A stretch of DNA of 64,000 nt from Eubacterium sp. (lineage in GTDB: Bacteria > Bacillota > Clostridia > Christensenellales > CAG-314). The stretch lies in NCBI GenBank assembly GCA_963653425.1, contig CAVJWC010000001.1:279430-343429 (forward strand), read 5' to 3'. The position numbers were made by a program, and so were the translations under genes. The notes under the pieces were generated by a model, which was not told where the DNA came from, did not search any database, and worked only from the letters and a program-made list of their open reading frames with translations. This document shows, piece by piece, positions 35,175 to 43,965 of the stretch (the stretch's first letter is position 1; each line of letters opens with the position of its first letter).

Positions 35175-35318
35175 CCCGAAAAACGAGCAGATTAAGAGAA
35201 ATTACCGTAAAAAATAAAAAAGGATTTAAGAGAAGTCACCTTAAAACAAGAAAAAGTGTTATTACCGTAAAAACGAGAAAAAAGGTTTTAAGATAAATCG
35301 CCGTAAAAACGAGAAAAA
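35175..35318. repeat. Degenerate A-rich tandem repeat (about 30-36-bp units)
   Basis: CCGTAAAAACGAGAAAAA at 35265 and 35301, with variants CCGAAAAACGAGCAGA (35175) and CCGTAAAAAATAAAAAAGG (35205). AAGGATTTAAGAGAAG and AAGGTTTTAAGATAAA are interleaved. Confidence 0.7.
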
Positions 35319-35390
35319 GACGCAATTTTTACGTAGCGGACGAGGAAAAACGGGAATAAGCTAAATACGATAACAAAAAACAATAACGGA

Positions 35391-35432
35391 AAAATAAAAG
35401 ACAGACGAAAGCCTCAGCCTATCGTCTGTCTT
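35391..35432 (-). terminator. Intrinsic terminator downstream of ilvE
   Basis: Minus strand AAGACAGACGA-(12-nt loop)-TCGTCTGTCTT (perfect 11-bp stem) followed by TTATTTTT. Confidence 0.7.
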
Positions 35433-35566
35433 TACCTGCGAGCTTAAAAGTTCGGGTTAAAAACTTTCAGGCTCAACGCTTTATTAAATTTTCCACTCCG
35501 TTGCGTCTGAGCGTCAATTACGCTTTCGTCGCTCGGGTGCGTTTGGATTTTCAACGTTTTTACGTC

Positions 35567-36634
35567 TTATTTCTCCATAACGTAAATCCAGTTGTGGGTG
35601 TCTTCGATAAGACCGTTCTGGATACCTACGAGAGTGTCGTAAAGTCTCTGGGTAACTTTGCCGATACCGCCGTCGCCTACTTTGTATTCCTGTCCCTTAT
35701 AAGAGAACATTCCTACGGGGCTTACTACAGCTGCGGTACCCGTGCCGAACATTTCGGTGAGCTGACCGTTCTTAGCGGCTTCAACGAGTTCGTCGATGGT
35801 AATCATTCTTTCTTCTACTTCATAGCCCAAAGAACGAGCAAGGTTTACTATGCTGTTTCTGGTGATACCGGGGAGGATGGAACCGTCGAGTTCGGGAGTA
35901 ACTACCTTTCCGCCGATAACGAAGCAGATGTTCATGGAGCCGACTTCTTCGATGTACTTTCTCTGTGCGCCGTCAAGCCAAAGAACCTGATCGTAGCCCT
36001 TCTTCTTTGCTTCGTAGGAAGCTTTAAGGCTGCAACCGTAGTTTCCGCCGAATTTAGCAGCGCCGGTTCCGCCGACGGGAGCCGTTCTGGAATAGAAGTC
36101 TTCTACGTAAATGCTTACGGGATTAAGTCCCTTGGAATAGTAACTTCCTACGGGAGAAAGGATGATGTAGAAGAGGTAAGTATCGCTTGCTTTAACGCCG
36201 AGATAAGGATCGGTACCTATCATAGTGGGACGGATATAAAGAGACGTGCCTTTTTCGGTAGGAATCCAGCTTTCGTCGAGTTTAACGAGTTCTTTAAGAC
36301 CTTCCATAGCCATTTCTACGTTAAGGTGAGGCATACAGATTCTGTCTGCGGAATTGTCCATTCTCTTGAAGTTATCGAAGGGACGGAAAAATCTTATTTC
36401 GCCGTTCTTGCCCTTGTAGCATTTCATACCTTCGAAGATAGCCTGACCGTAATGGAAAACGGTGGTAGCCGGGGAAAGAGCTATGGGTGCGTACGGTTCG
36501 ATACGGGGATTATACCAACCCTTTTCGGTCGAATAATTCATAAGGAACATGTGGTCGGTGTAATATTTGCAGAATCCTAAGGCGCCGGTGGGTTTTTCCT
36601 TGGGCGTAGCGGTTTTGGTAACGGAAATATTCAT
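35567..36634 (-). CDS. ilvE: Branched-chain amino acid aminotransferase
   Basis: About 355 aa class IV aminotransferase (FHYGQAIFEGMKCYK..., GGTGAAKFGGNYG, ...PGITRNS...). Start moved to the ATG at 36634, 9 nt after AAGGAGA. Confidence 0.92.
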   Translation of the reverse strand: MNISVTKTATPKEKPTGALGFCKYYTDHMFLMNYSTEKGWYNPRIEPYAPIALSPATTVFHYGQAIFEGMKCYKGKNGEIRFFRPFDNFKRMDNSADRICMPHLNVEMAMEGLKELVKLDESWIPTEKGTSLYIRPTMIGTDPYLGVKASDTYLFYIILSPVGSYYSKGLNPVSIYVEDFYSRTAPVGGTGAAKFGGNYGCSLKASYEAKKKGYDQVLWLDGAQRKYIEEVGSMNICFVIGGKVVTPELDGSILPGITRNSIVNLARSLGYEVEERMITIDELVEAAKNGQLTEMFGTGTAAVVSPVGMFSYKGQEYKVGDGGIGKVTQRLYDTLVGIQNGLIEDTHNWIYVMEK

Positions 36635-36679
36635 AATTATCATTCTCCTTGCTTATGCCGAGGCATAAATATCATCTTC

Positions 36680-36708
36680 ATTGTATAATCTGTTTTCGTC
36701 CTTGTCAA
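36680..36708 (-). promoter_or_regulatory. Sigma-A type promoter of ilvE
   Basis: Minus strand TTGACA - 17 nt - TACAAT. Confidence 0.65.
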
Positions 36709-36763
36709 CATAAAAACGCCAACAATTCCCGAAAGTTTTACTATCTCGTTGATTAAGTAAATT

Positions 36764-36800
36764 AAAAAAGCGGTTTTTGCGCAAAAAAACCGCCTTTTTG
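36764..36800. terminator. Bidirectional-looking terminator after arcC
   Basis: AAAAAGCGGTTTTT-GCGC-AAAAAACCGCCTTTTT: a stem flanked by A-run and T-run, about 120 nt after the arcC stop. Confidence 0.7.
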
Positions 36801-36921
36801 CTCTTTTGTTTATCGCTCGTTGCCGTAAAAGTAATTCGGTTTTTCTGAAAACGGTCTTCTTTTTCGGCGCGATTTTCTTTACTTCGTTTATAACGCGTCT
36901 TTACTTCGCTCAGGAAGCTTT

Positions 36922-37851
36922 TTACTCGTTGATTACGTGCGTACCCGTTTCGCCTTTGATTGCGGCTTCGGCTTTGTCGAGATTTGCGATAATCGCGCCG
37001 TTACCCGTAGCCTTGACGAAAGACATGGCGGCTTTGACTTTGGGAAGCATACTGCCCTTTCCGAATTCGCCGGCAGCCGCGAATTTCTCTGCATCGGAAA
37101 CGGAAAGTTCTCTGAGGTCTTCCTGATTTTCCTTTCCGTAATTCAAGGAAACGCAGTCTACGGCGGTAAGAATAACGAATCTGTCCGCGCCCACGAGTTC
37201 CGCGAGTTTAGCCGAAGAGTAGTCCTTGTCTATAACGGCGTCCACGCCAACAAGTCCGTTTTCCGTTCTGATTACGGGAATTCCTCCTCCGCCTACAGAT
37301 ATAACCACGCAACCCGCGTTCACGAGACGGCGTATGGGATCGATTTCCACTATATCCTGCGGAATGGGCGAAGGAACTACCCTTCTCATTCCCTTGCCGG
37401 GGACTTCCGTCATTATCATACCCTTCTTTTTAACGAGAACTTCGGCTTCTTCCTTGGTGTAATAACTTCCTATGGGCTTGGTGGGGTTATCGAAAGCGTG
37501 ATCGGCGGGATCTACCACGACCTGCGTTACCAGAGTGACTACGGGCGAAGGAATGTTTCTTCTTTCAAGCTCGTTATAAAGAGCGTTCTGAAGGTGATAA
37601 CCTATGTATCCCTGACTCATTGCTCCGCATTCGGGGAAACCCATATACTTTACCTTTTCTTCGTGCATCAAAGCCGTATCGAAAGCAAGGTTTATCATAC
37701 CTACCTGCGGACCGTTTCCGTGAGTAACTATAAGCGTGTTGCCCGCTTCGACTACGTCGGCAAGAACAGCCGCGGTTTTCTTGACTATCTCTTTCTGCTG
37801 GTCGGAACTGTCTCCCAATGCGTTTCCGCCGAGCGCAACTACTATTTTCAT
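36922..37851 (-). CDS. arcC: Carbamate kinase
   Basis: 309 aa; MKIVVALGGNALG..., IVTHGNGPQVG, GGGGIPV motifs of carbamate kinase. Confidence 0.92.
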   Translation of the reverse strand: MKIVVALGGNALGDSSDQQKEIVKKTAAVLADVVEAGNTLIVTHGNGPQVGMINLAFDTALMHEEKVKYMGFPECGAMSQGYIGYHLQNALYNELERRNIPSPVVTLVTQVVVDPADHAFDNPTKPIGSYYTKEEAEVLVKKKGMIMTEVPGKGMRRVVPSPIPQDIVEIDPIRRLVNAGCVVISVGGGGIPVIRTENGLVGVDAVIDKDYSSAKLAELVGADRFVILTAVDCVSLNYGKENQEDLRELSVSDAEKFAAAGEFGKGSMLPKVKAAMSFVKATGNGAIIANLDKAEAAIKGETGTHVINE

Positions 37852-37932
37852 AAAAACTCCTTAAAACTCCTTTCTAATCTGAAACAGCCGCAGAATTATC
37901 CGCGGCTGTGTTTTCGTTTCGTTTACAAGCTC

Positions 37933-38925
37933 TTATACGTTTCCGATAGTTGCAACCATTACAGCCTTTATGGTGTGCATTCTGTTTTCGGCTTCGTCGA
38001 ATACTTTGGAATATTTGCTTCTGAACACTTCGTCGGTAACTTCCATTTCTTTGAGACCGAATTTCTCGTAAACGTCTCTTCCTACTGCGGTTTCGAGATC
38101 GTGGAAGGAAGGCAGGCAGTGAAGGAAAATAACGTCGGGATTTTCCGTTACCTTAATCATATCCATCGTTACTCTGTAGGGTTCGAGCTGTTTGATTCTT
38201 TCGGCGTATTTATCTTCTTCGCCCATGCTTACCCAAACGTCGGTGTAAATAACGTCTGCGCCTTTGATATCGGCAACGTTTTCGGTAAGAGTAATGGTTC
38301 CGCCCGTTTCACCGCAAACTTCCTGCATTTCGGCAACGAGGTGTTCGTTGGGGAAGAGTTCCTTGGGAGCGAGAGCCGTGAAGTGCATACCCATCTTTGC
38401 GCAACCTATCATAAGGGAGTTACCCATATTGTTTCTTGCGTCGCCTACGTAAACGAATTTAATCTTATTGAAGGGCTTTGCAACGTGTTCTCTTATAGTA
38501 AGGAAGTCGGCGAGAATCTGCGTCGGGTGATATTCGTCGGTAAGTCCGTTCCATACGGGAACTCCGCTGAAACGAGCGAGATCTTCAACGACGGACTGTT
38601 TGAAACCTCTGTATTCGATACCGTCGTAGAAACGGCCGAGAACCTTTGCGGTGTCTTCGAGACTTTCTTTCTTGCCCATCTGGCTGTTGCTGAGATAGGT
38701 AACGTGAGCTCCTTCGTCGAGAGCGGCAACTTCAAACGCGCAACGGGTTCTGGTGCTGGTTTTATCGAAAATAAGAACGATATTCTTTCCGTCGAGAGAT
38801 TTGTTTCTTATTCCGAGACGCTTCTTTGCTTTAAGATCCTGAGCAAGATCGAGCATATAACGGATTTCGTCGGGAGTAAAGTCTTTAAGAGTTAAAAAGT
38901 TTCTTCCTTTAAGATTAACGGGCAT
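37933..38925 (-). CDS. arcB: Ornithine carbamoyltransferase (catabolic by context)
   Basis: 330 aa; [13 protein letters not shown] and HCLP motifs. Lies between arcA and arcC. Confidence 0.9.
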   Translation of the reverse strand: MPVNLKGRNFLTLKDFTPDEIRYMLDLAQDLKAKKRLGIRNKSLDGKNIVLIFDKTSTRTRCAFEVAALDEGAHVTYLSNSQMGKKESLEDTAKVLGRFYDGIEYRGFKQSVVEDLARFSGVPVWNGLTDEYHPTQILADFLTIREHVAKPFNKIKFVYVGDARNNMGNSLMIGCAKMGMHFTALAPKELFPNEHLVAEMQEVCGETGGTITLTENVADIKGADVIYTDVWVSMGEEDKYAERIKQLEPYRVTMDMIKVTENPDVIFLHCLPSFHDLETAVGRDVYEKFGLKEMEVTDEVFRSKYSKVFDEAENRMHTIKAVMVATIGNV

Positions 38926-39025
38926 TGTGGTAATTCTCCTTTTTTTGTTTTGATTTTATTTATTTTGTTTTTGCTTGTGTAAAGCAATAATTTTTATCTG
39001 TTTTTTGTCATTAAAACAAACGGTT

Positions 39026-40228
39026 TCAGTCTCTTTCGACAGCCATGCTCATGCAGTGAGGACCGCCTCTTCCTCTCGAAAGTTCCGAACAGGGAATTTC
39101 GTTAAGGATAAGACCGCTCTTTGCCATAAGTCTGTTGGTAACGCTGTTGCGGGCGTAGACGATTATGTTGCCTTCGGACAAAGCAAGCGTGTTCGCGCCG
39201 TCGTTCCACTGCTCTCTCGCGCTGTCTATGAAACTGTTGCCACCGCATTCTATAAAGGTGATTTCGTCGAGGCAAAGGTGGCGGGCAAGATTCTTTCTGA
39301 AACTGCCTTCTTCCTTTTTAATATCGAACTTTCCGTCTTTAAGAGTCAGCGCAAACATTTCCATACTGTTTTCGACGTTGGGATGAACGGCGAATTTATC
39401 CTTGTCCACCATAGTGAGAACGGTATCGAGATGCATATAGCTTCTGGTCTTGGGAATGTTGACCGCAATGACTTTTCTGAAACCGCTGCTTTCGTCGGCA
39501 AGAATTCTCTTCGCGACTTTTTCAACCGCTCCCGCCTGAGTACGCTGAGAAACGCCTATTGCGAGAGTATCGGGCGCAAGTACCATAACGTCTCCGCCTT
39601 CTATGGAATAACCGTCGCTTCTGTCGTAATAAATCGGAATTCCCCTGAACATCGGATGATTTCTCAAAACGAATTCTCCGAGAAGAGATTCTCTGTTTCT
39701 TGCAGTGCTGTACATACGGCTGATGATAACGCCGCTTCCTACGAAAGAAAAGGGATCGCGCGTGAAGTACATATTGGGCAGAGGATCGAATACGAAGGGA
39801 TATGCGTCGGGCATACAGTCTTCGAGCGAACAGCCTTTATAATCGAATTCGCTCTTTCTGAGTCCTGCGATAAGCGTATCCGCCATTTCGTAAACGTCTT
39901 TTTCCGCAAGATAATCTATAAGAGCCGAAACCATATTGTCTTCGGTAATACGCGTCTCTTTGAGAAAGTCGCCAAGAAACTTTCTTTTGAGTTCTTCCGA
40001 TAAAGCCGCAGTTTCCGCGATAAGATCCCTTATCTCGAACACTTCCACGCCGTGATCGCGAGCGACGTTCGTATAGGCGTCGTGTTCTCTCTGAGCTTCT
40101 TCGAGCCACGGAATATCGTCGAAAAGCTGACGTTCAAGATAGTCCGGCACGAGATTTTCAAGTTCTCTGCCCGGTCTGTGAATCAAAAGCTTTTTAAGCT
40201 TTCCGACCTCGTTTCTGTTACAAACCAT
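39026..40228 (-). CDS. arcA: Arginine deiminase
   Basis: About 400 aa; VGKLKKLLIHRPG near the N-terminus, C-terminal catalytic Cys region GRGGPHCMSMAVERD. Start at the ATG at 40228 (GGAGG 5 nt upstream) rather than the track start at 40267. Confidence 0.92.
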   Translation of the reverse strand: MVCNRNEVGKLKKLLIHRPGRELENLVPDYLERQLFDDIPWLEEAQREHDAYTNVARDHGVEVFEIRDLIAETAALSEELKRKFLGDFLKETRITEDNMVSALIDYLAEKDVYEMADTLIAGLRKSEFDYKGCSLEDCMPDAYPFVFDPLPNMYFTRDPFSFVGSGVIISRMYSTARNRESLLGEFVLRNHPMFRGIPIYYDRSDGYSIEGGDVMVLAPDTLAIGVSQRTQAGAVEKVAKRILADESSGFRKVIAVNIPKTRSYMHLDTVLTMVDKDKFAVHPNVENSMEMFALTLKDGKFDIKKEEGSFRKNLARHLCLDEITFIECGGNSFIDSAREQWNDGANTLALSEGNIIVYARNSVTNRLMAKSGLILNEIPCSELSRGRGGPHCMSMAVERD

Positions 40229-40270
40229 AAACACCTCCGCTACTTCCACGCGGTTTTCGTTCCGCATAAA

Positions 40271-40320
40271 GCAGACGTTTATTTTCAGTCCGCGACGAAC
40301 TTCCCGCGCAGACGTTTATA
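40271..40320. repeat. 12-bp direct repeat pair at the alr-arcA junction
   Basis: Plus-strand GCAGACGTTTAT at 40271 and 40308 (minus strand ATAAACGTCTGC), flanking a GC-rich hairpin (GTCCGCG...CGCGCAGAC). The second copy overlaps the alr stop codon. Confidence 0.6.
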
Positions 40321-41443
40321 CTATATAATTTCTCTTCACTCTCGGCGAAATCCTGCAAAGCGTTTCGTAAGCGACCGTTCCCGCACAAGCGGAAAATTCG
40401 TTTATACTTACGGATGTGCCGAAACCGAAAATTTCGACCTTATCGCCCACGGCAAAAGTTTCGTTTCCGCCGTCGAGCATTATCATATCCATACAGACTC
40501 TGCCAAGAACTTTCAGTTGTTTTCCTCTCACGAACACCCGTCCTTTACCCGAAAGACTCCGAGGAAAGCCGTCGGCGTATCCTATCGAGGCGACGAGAAC
40601 GTTCGCGTCTTTTTCGAGGACTTCCGTACAGCCGTAACCTATGCACGAACCCCGTTCAAGCCTTTTAACCGAAACGATACGGCTTCTTAAAGTCATAACT
40701 TCTTTGAGGTTCAATGGATAATTCCCGTAAGGCGGACAGCCGTAAAGCGCAAGCCCCGCTCTCACCATATTAAATTCTTTCAGGTTATCCGCAAGCGCGC
40801 CCGACGCCGAAACGTGGGTTAAATCGAAAGTTATTCCCGCGGTTTTAAGTTTGCCCGTGAGCGCGAGAAAATCGTCGATTTGCTTTTTGGTGTAAGCGGA
40901 ACAAAACAGACTTCTTTCGTCCGAAGCGGAAAGATGGGTGTAAATTCCTTCAACGATCAAGCCTTTACAGCCGATAATCTTTACAATTTCTTCCTCGGCT
41001 CTGTCACAGCTTACGCCCAGACGGGACATACCCGTATCTACTTTAACGTGGACTTTAATTCGTTTTCCGCTTTTCTCGCAGAACAAACCGAGCTTATTAG
41101 CGTATTCGTAATCGGTAACGGTCTGCGTTATATATAAATCGCTTAAAATTCCGACAGCTTCGGGCGGAGTTCTGCCGAATATGAGAATGGGTTTTTTAAT
41201 TCCCGAATTTCTAAGGCTCAAAGCTTCGGTTATATCGGAAACTCCGAAATAATCGACGTAAGGCAAAAGTGCGTCCGCGACTTTCTCCGCTCCGTGTCCG
41301 TAAGCGTTGGCTTTAACGACGGCAAGCAGTTTTGCTCCGCCGATCTTTTCTTTTATAGCGACGGCGTTACTTATGAGGTTCCCCAAAGATATATCTGCCG
41401 TGGTCCTCTCGTAACGACTCAAAAATTCTTCTTCGTTTTTCAT
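40316..41443 (-). CDS. alr: Alanine racemase
   Basis: 375 aa; PLP-lysine motif AVVKANAYGHGA and a C-terminal beta-domain with GYGCT..., CMDMIMLD. Confidence 0.93.
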   Translation of the reverse strand: MKNEEEFLSRYERTTADISLGNLISNAVAIKEKIGGAKLLAVVKANAYGHGAEKVADALLPYVDYFGVSDITEALSLRNSGIKKPILIFGRTPPEAVGILSDLYITQTVTDYEYANKLGLFCEKSGKRIKVHVKVDTGMSRLGVSCDRAEEEIVKIIGCKGLIVEGIYTHLSASDERSLFCSAYTKKQIDDFLALTGKLKTAGITFDLTHVSASGALADNLKEFNMVRAGLALYGCPPYGNYPLNLKEVMTLRSRIVSVKRLERGSCIGYGCTEVLEKDANVLVASIGYADGFPRSLSGKGRVFVRGKQLKVLGRVCMDMIMLDGGNETFAVGDKVEIFGFGTSVSINEFSACAGTVAYETLCRISPRVKRNYIV

Positions 41444-41476
41444 TCATCCGCTCCCGATAACGGGAAGTTCCGAAAG

Positions 41477-41490
41477 CGAATAAATATGCA
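41477..41490. promoter_or_regulatory. ARG-box-like site in the alr leader
   Basis: CGAATAAATATGCA matches the core of the argR-proximal box (TGAATAAATATTCA) at 12 of 14 positions. It lies just downstream of the alr -10. Confidence 0.4.
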
Positions 41491-41497
41491 CAGCCTC

Positions 41498-41526
41498 ATT
41501 ATAACACATCGGCTTTGATATTGCAA
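41498..41526 (-). promoter_or_regulatory. Sigma-A type promoter of alr (and possibly arcABC)
   Basis: Minus strand TTGCAA - 17 nt - TATAAT with TGT (extended -10). Confidence 0.7.
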
Positions 41527-41856
41527 GTGTAATTCGCATTTTAGAACCATCGTTATACTTTACTTGATTAAAACCGTTTTTCGGTCCGTAACTACGAATA
41601 TGCGTTTTTTTAGTCAAATATGCAACGGTTTTTCTAAGGAACGAAGCGTATATTTCCCTCTTTTTCGCTTATTACGGCAAAGAAGACTTTTCGTCGATTT
41701 TATCTTTCCTTTTACCCGTAATCAAAGCCAAAACCCGAAGGCTTATCGGCTACGCTACGACTAAAAAGACTTTGCGCGTAGATTTTTACCGAGCAGGCAA
41801 AGGTTTTCTTCTCCGTAAAAAGCAAAAGTTTTTCTTATAAAAAAGGCGGTTTTGTA

Positions 41857-41870
41857 TAAATAAATATTCA
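41857..41870. promoter_or_regulatory. Second ARG-box-like site upstream of the alr promoter
   Basis: TAAATAAATATTCA matches TGAATAAATATTCA at 13 of 14 positions, about 330 bp upstream of the alr -35. Confidence 0.35.
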
Positions 41871-42003
41871 TTTGATGCATATAATTATATCTCGGCGCGA
41901 TAAACCGAAGGTTTTTGTACGATAAAAGCGTTAACCGTGATTTTGCGGGAAAAGACCGAATGCCTGACGTCTGCGCTAAGGAAACCTGAAAACGCTCGCT
42001 GTT

Positions 42004-42104
42004 TTTACCGAAACACGGAATAAAAAAGTTCGGCGCTACGCAAACGAAATCATAAAAGACGGTAGATTTATCGCCTTTACCGAAAAGCGGAATAAGAAGG
42101 TTCG
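42004..42104. repeat. 29-bp direct repeat pair (72-bp spacing)
   Basis: TTTACCGAAACACGGAATAAAAAAGTTCG (42004) and TTTACCGAAAAGCGGAATAAGAAGGTTCG (42076), 25 of 29 identical. Confidence 0.7.
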
Positions 42105-42268
42105 TTCTGCTGTAAAAATTAAAAAAACAGTCAACGGGAAAGGGAATAAAGAAAGATAAAGGCTTTTTTAAGTGAAAAAAAACCGTACAAAACAGCTAAA
42201 AACCTTGCTTTTATTATAATACGATAATATGATACCGATATTTCTGTACGGTTTTTTCTTAAATATTC

Positions 42269-42297
42269 TTGCCACGGGCGGTTAATTGTTTTATAAT
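42269..42297 (+). promoter_or_regulatory. Sigma-A type promoter of the hut operon
   Basis: TTGCCA - 17 nt - TATAAT, 165 nt upstream of the hutH start. Confidence 0.7.
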
Positions 42298-42462
42298 TCA
42301 ACTGAAGAATATATACGGCTTTACCGTTCTTTTAATGAATTACCGACTTTTTGCGGGATTACTTAAGCTTTCGCAGGACTGTTATACTTTCGCAAGCTTA
42401 ATCTTTCCGAGGCCGTTAACCTATAAAGAACTAAAACCGAGGCGATATGGAGGCTTTCAGGT

Positions 42463-43962
42463 ATGATCAAGAAAACTGTTACAATCAAAAACGGACTTAC
42501 ATTGGACGACGTGGTTTCTGTTGCAAGATACGGAGCAAAGGTAAAACTCAGTGACGCTTGTCTTCGTCGTATTGCGGAAAGCCGATCTTTCGTCGATAAA
42601 ATAGTAGAAGCGAAAAAACCCGTTTACGGAATAAACACCGGCTTCGGAAAATTCTCCGACGTCGCTATTTCGCCCGAAGACACCAGAACGCTTCAGCTTA
42701 ACCTTATTATGAGTCACGCTTGCGGAGTGGGAAACCCCATGCCCGAAGAAGTGGTTCGCGCTCTTATGGTTCTGCGTCTCAACGCGTTGTCTTTCGGTTA
42801 CAGCGGAGCTCAGCCCGAAACGCTTATGACGCTTCTCGAAATGATAAACAAAAACGTTATTCCTTATATACCCGAAAAGGGAAGCCTTGGCGCGTCGGGC
42901 GACCTTGCTCCGCTTTCGCATATGGCTCTTTCCATGGTAGGAATGGGACGTTCCTATTACAGAGGAAAACTTATGGACGGCGGTGAAGCTCTTAAAAAAG
43001 CAGGCATAAAACCCGCTGTTTTATCGGCAAAAGAAGGACTTGCGCTCATCAACGGAACTCAGGCGATGAACGGATTCGCAACGCTCGCTCTTTACGACGC
43101 GAAAAAACTTCTTCATTCCTCGGAAATGACGCTTTCGCTTACTATGGAAGCTTTGACGGGTATTATTACCGCATACGATCCGAGAGTTCACGAAATCCGT
43201 CGCCAGGATGGACAGATCGAAACCGCAAAGAACGTAAGAAGCATTCTCGAAGGAAGCGGAAACATTACCCTTCAGGGACAGCTCAGAGTTCAGGACGCGT
43301 ACGCTTTGAGATGCGCGCCTCAGGTTCACGGAGCGTCGAGAGACACCATCGCTTACGTAGATAAAATCGTCGGCAACGAAATCAACGCCGTTACCGACAA
43401 TCCTCTTCTCTTCCCCGAAACCGACGACGCTATAAGCGGAGGCAACTTCCACGGACAGTATCTTTCCATGGCTATGGACATTCTCGGCATAGCCGTAAGC
43501 GAACTTGCGAATATTTCCGAAAGAAGAACGGAAAGAATGGTAAATCCTCAGCTCAGCAACGGTCTTGCGCCCTTCCTCGTAAAGAACGGCGGACTCAACA
43601 ACGGATTTATGATTCCGCAGTACGTTGCGGCGGCTCTCGTTTCGGAAAACAAAGTTCTTGCGCATCCGGCAGTCGTGGATTCCATAACCAGCAGTGCAAA
43701 TCAGGAAGACCACGTAAGTATGGGTATGACCGCGGCAAGAAAAGCGCGTGAAATCGTTACCAACACGCAGAGAGTTATCGGCATAGAACTTATGACGGCT
43801 TGTCAGGCGATAGATATAAGAGAATGCTCGGATAAACTCGCTCCCGCAACGAGAAAACTCTACGACAAAGTAAGAGAAACCGTTCCTTTCGTCGAAACGG
43901 ATATGTATCTTAAACCGCTCATCGATAATTGTTACGACATTATACGGAATATGGAGGAATAA
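42463..43962 (+). CDS. hutH: Histidine ammonia-lyase
   Basis: 499 aa; MIO-forming GSLGASGDLAPLSH motif and overall HAL/PAL architecture. Confidence 0.95.
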   Translation: MIKKTVTIKNGLTLDDVVSVARYGAKVKLSDACLRRIAESRSFVDKIVEAKKPVYGINTGFGKFSDVAISPEDTRTLQLNLIMSHACGVGNPMPEEVVRALMVLRLNALSFGYSGAQPETLMTLLEMINKNVIPYIPEKGSLGASGDLAPLSHMALSMVGMGRSYYRGKLMDGGEALKKAGIKPAVLSAKEGLALINGTQAMNGFATLALYDAKKLLHSSEMTLSLTMEALTGIITAYDPRVHEIRRQDGQIETAKNVRSILEGSGNITLQGQLRVQDAYALRCAPQVHGASRDTIAYVDKIVGNEINAVTDNPLLFPETDDAISGGNFHGQYLSMAMDILGIAVSELANISERRTERMVNPQLSNGLAPFLVKNGGLNNGFMIPQYVAAALVSENKVLAHPAVVDSITSSANQEDHVSMGMTAARKAREIVTNTQRVIGIELMTACQAIDIRECSDKLAPATRKLYDKVRETVPFVETDMYLKPLIDNCYDIIRNMEE

Positions 43963-43965
43963 ATA

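Noticed and set aside
36937-38895. 652-aa plus-strand ORF covering arcC and arcB
   Set aside because: It is exactly codon-aligned antisense to two well-supported genes. It crosses their intergenic gap, has no RBS, and translates to low-complexity F/V/R/G/N-rich sequence. It is explained by the lack of TTA/CTA/TCA codons in the sense genes.
41986-41999. CcpA cre site (TGAAAACGCTCGCT) upstream of the hut operon
   Set aside because: It matches only about 12 of 14 positions, with mismatches in the conserved 3' half. It lies about 280 bp upstream of the hut promoter, which is not a typical position.
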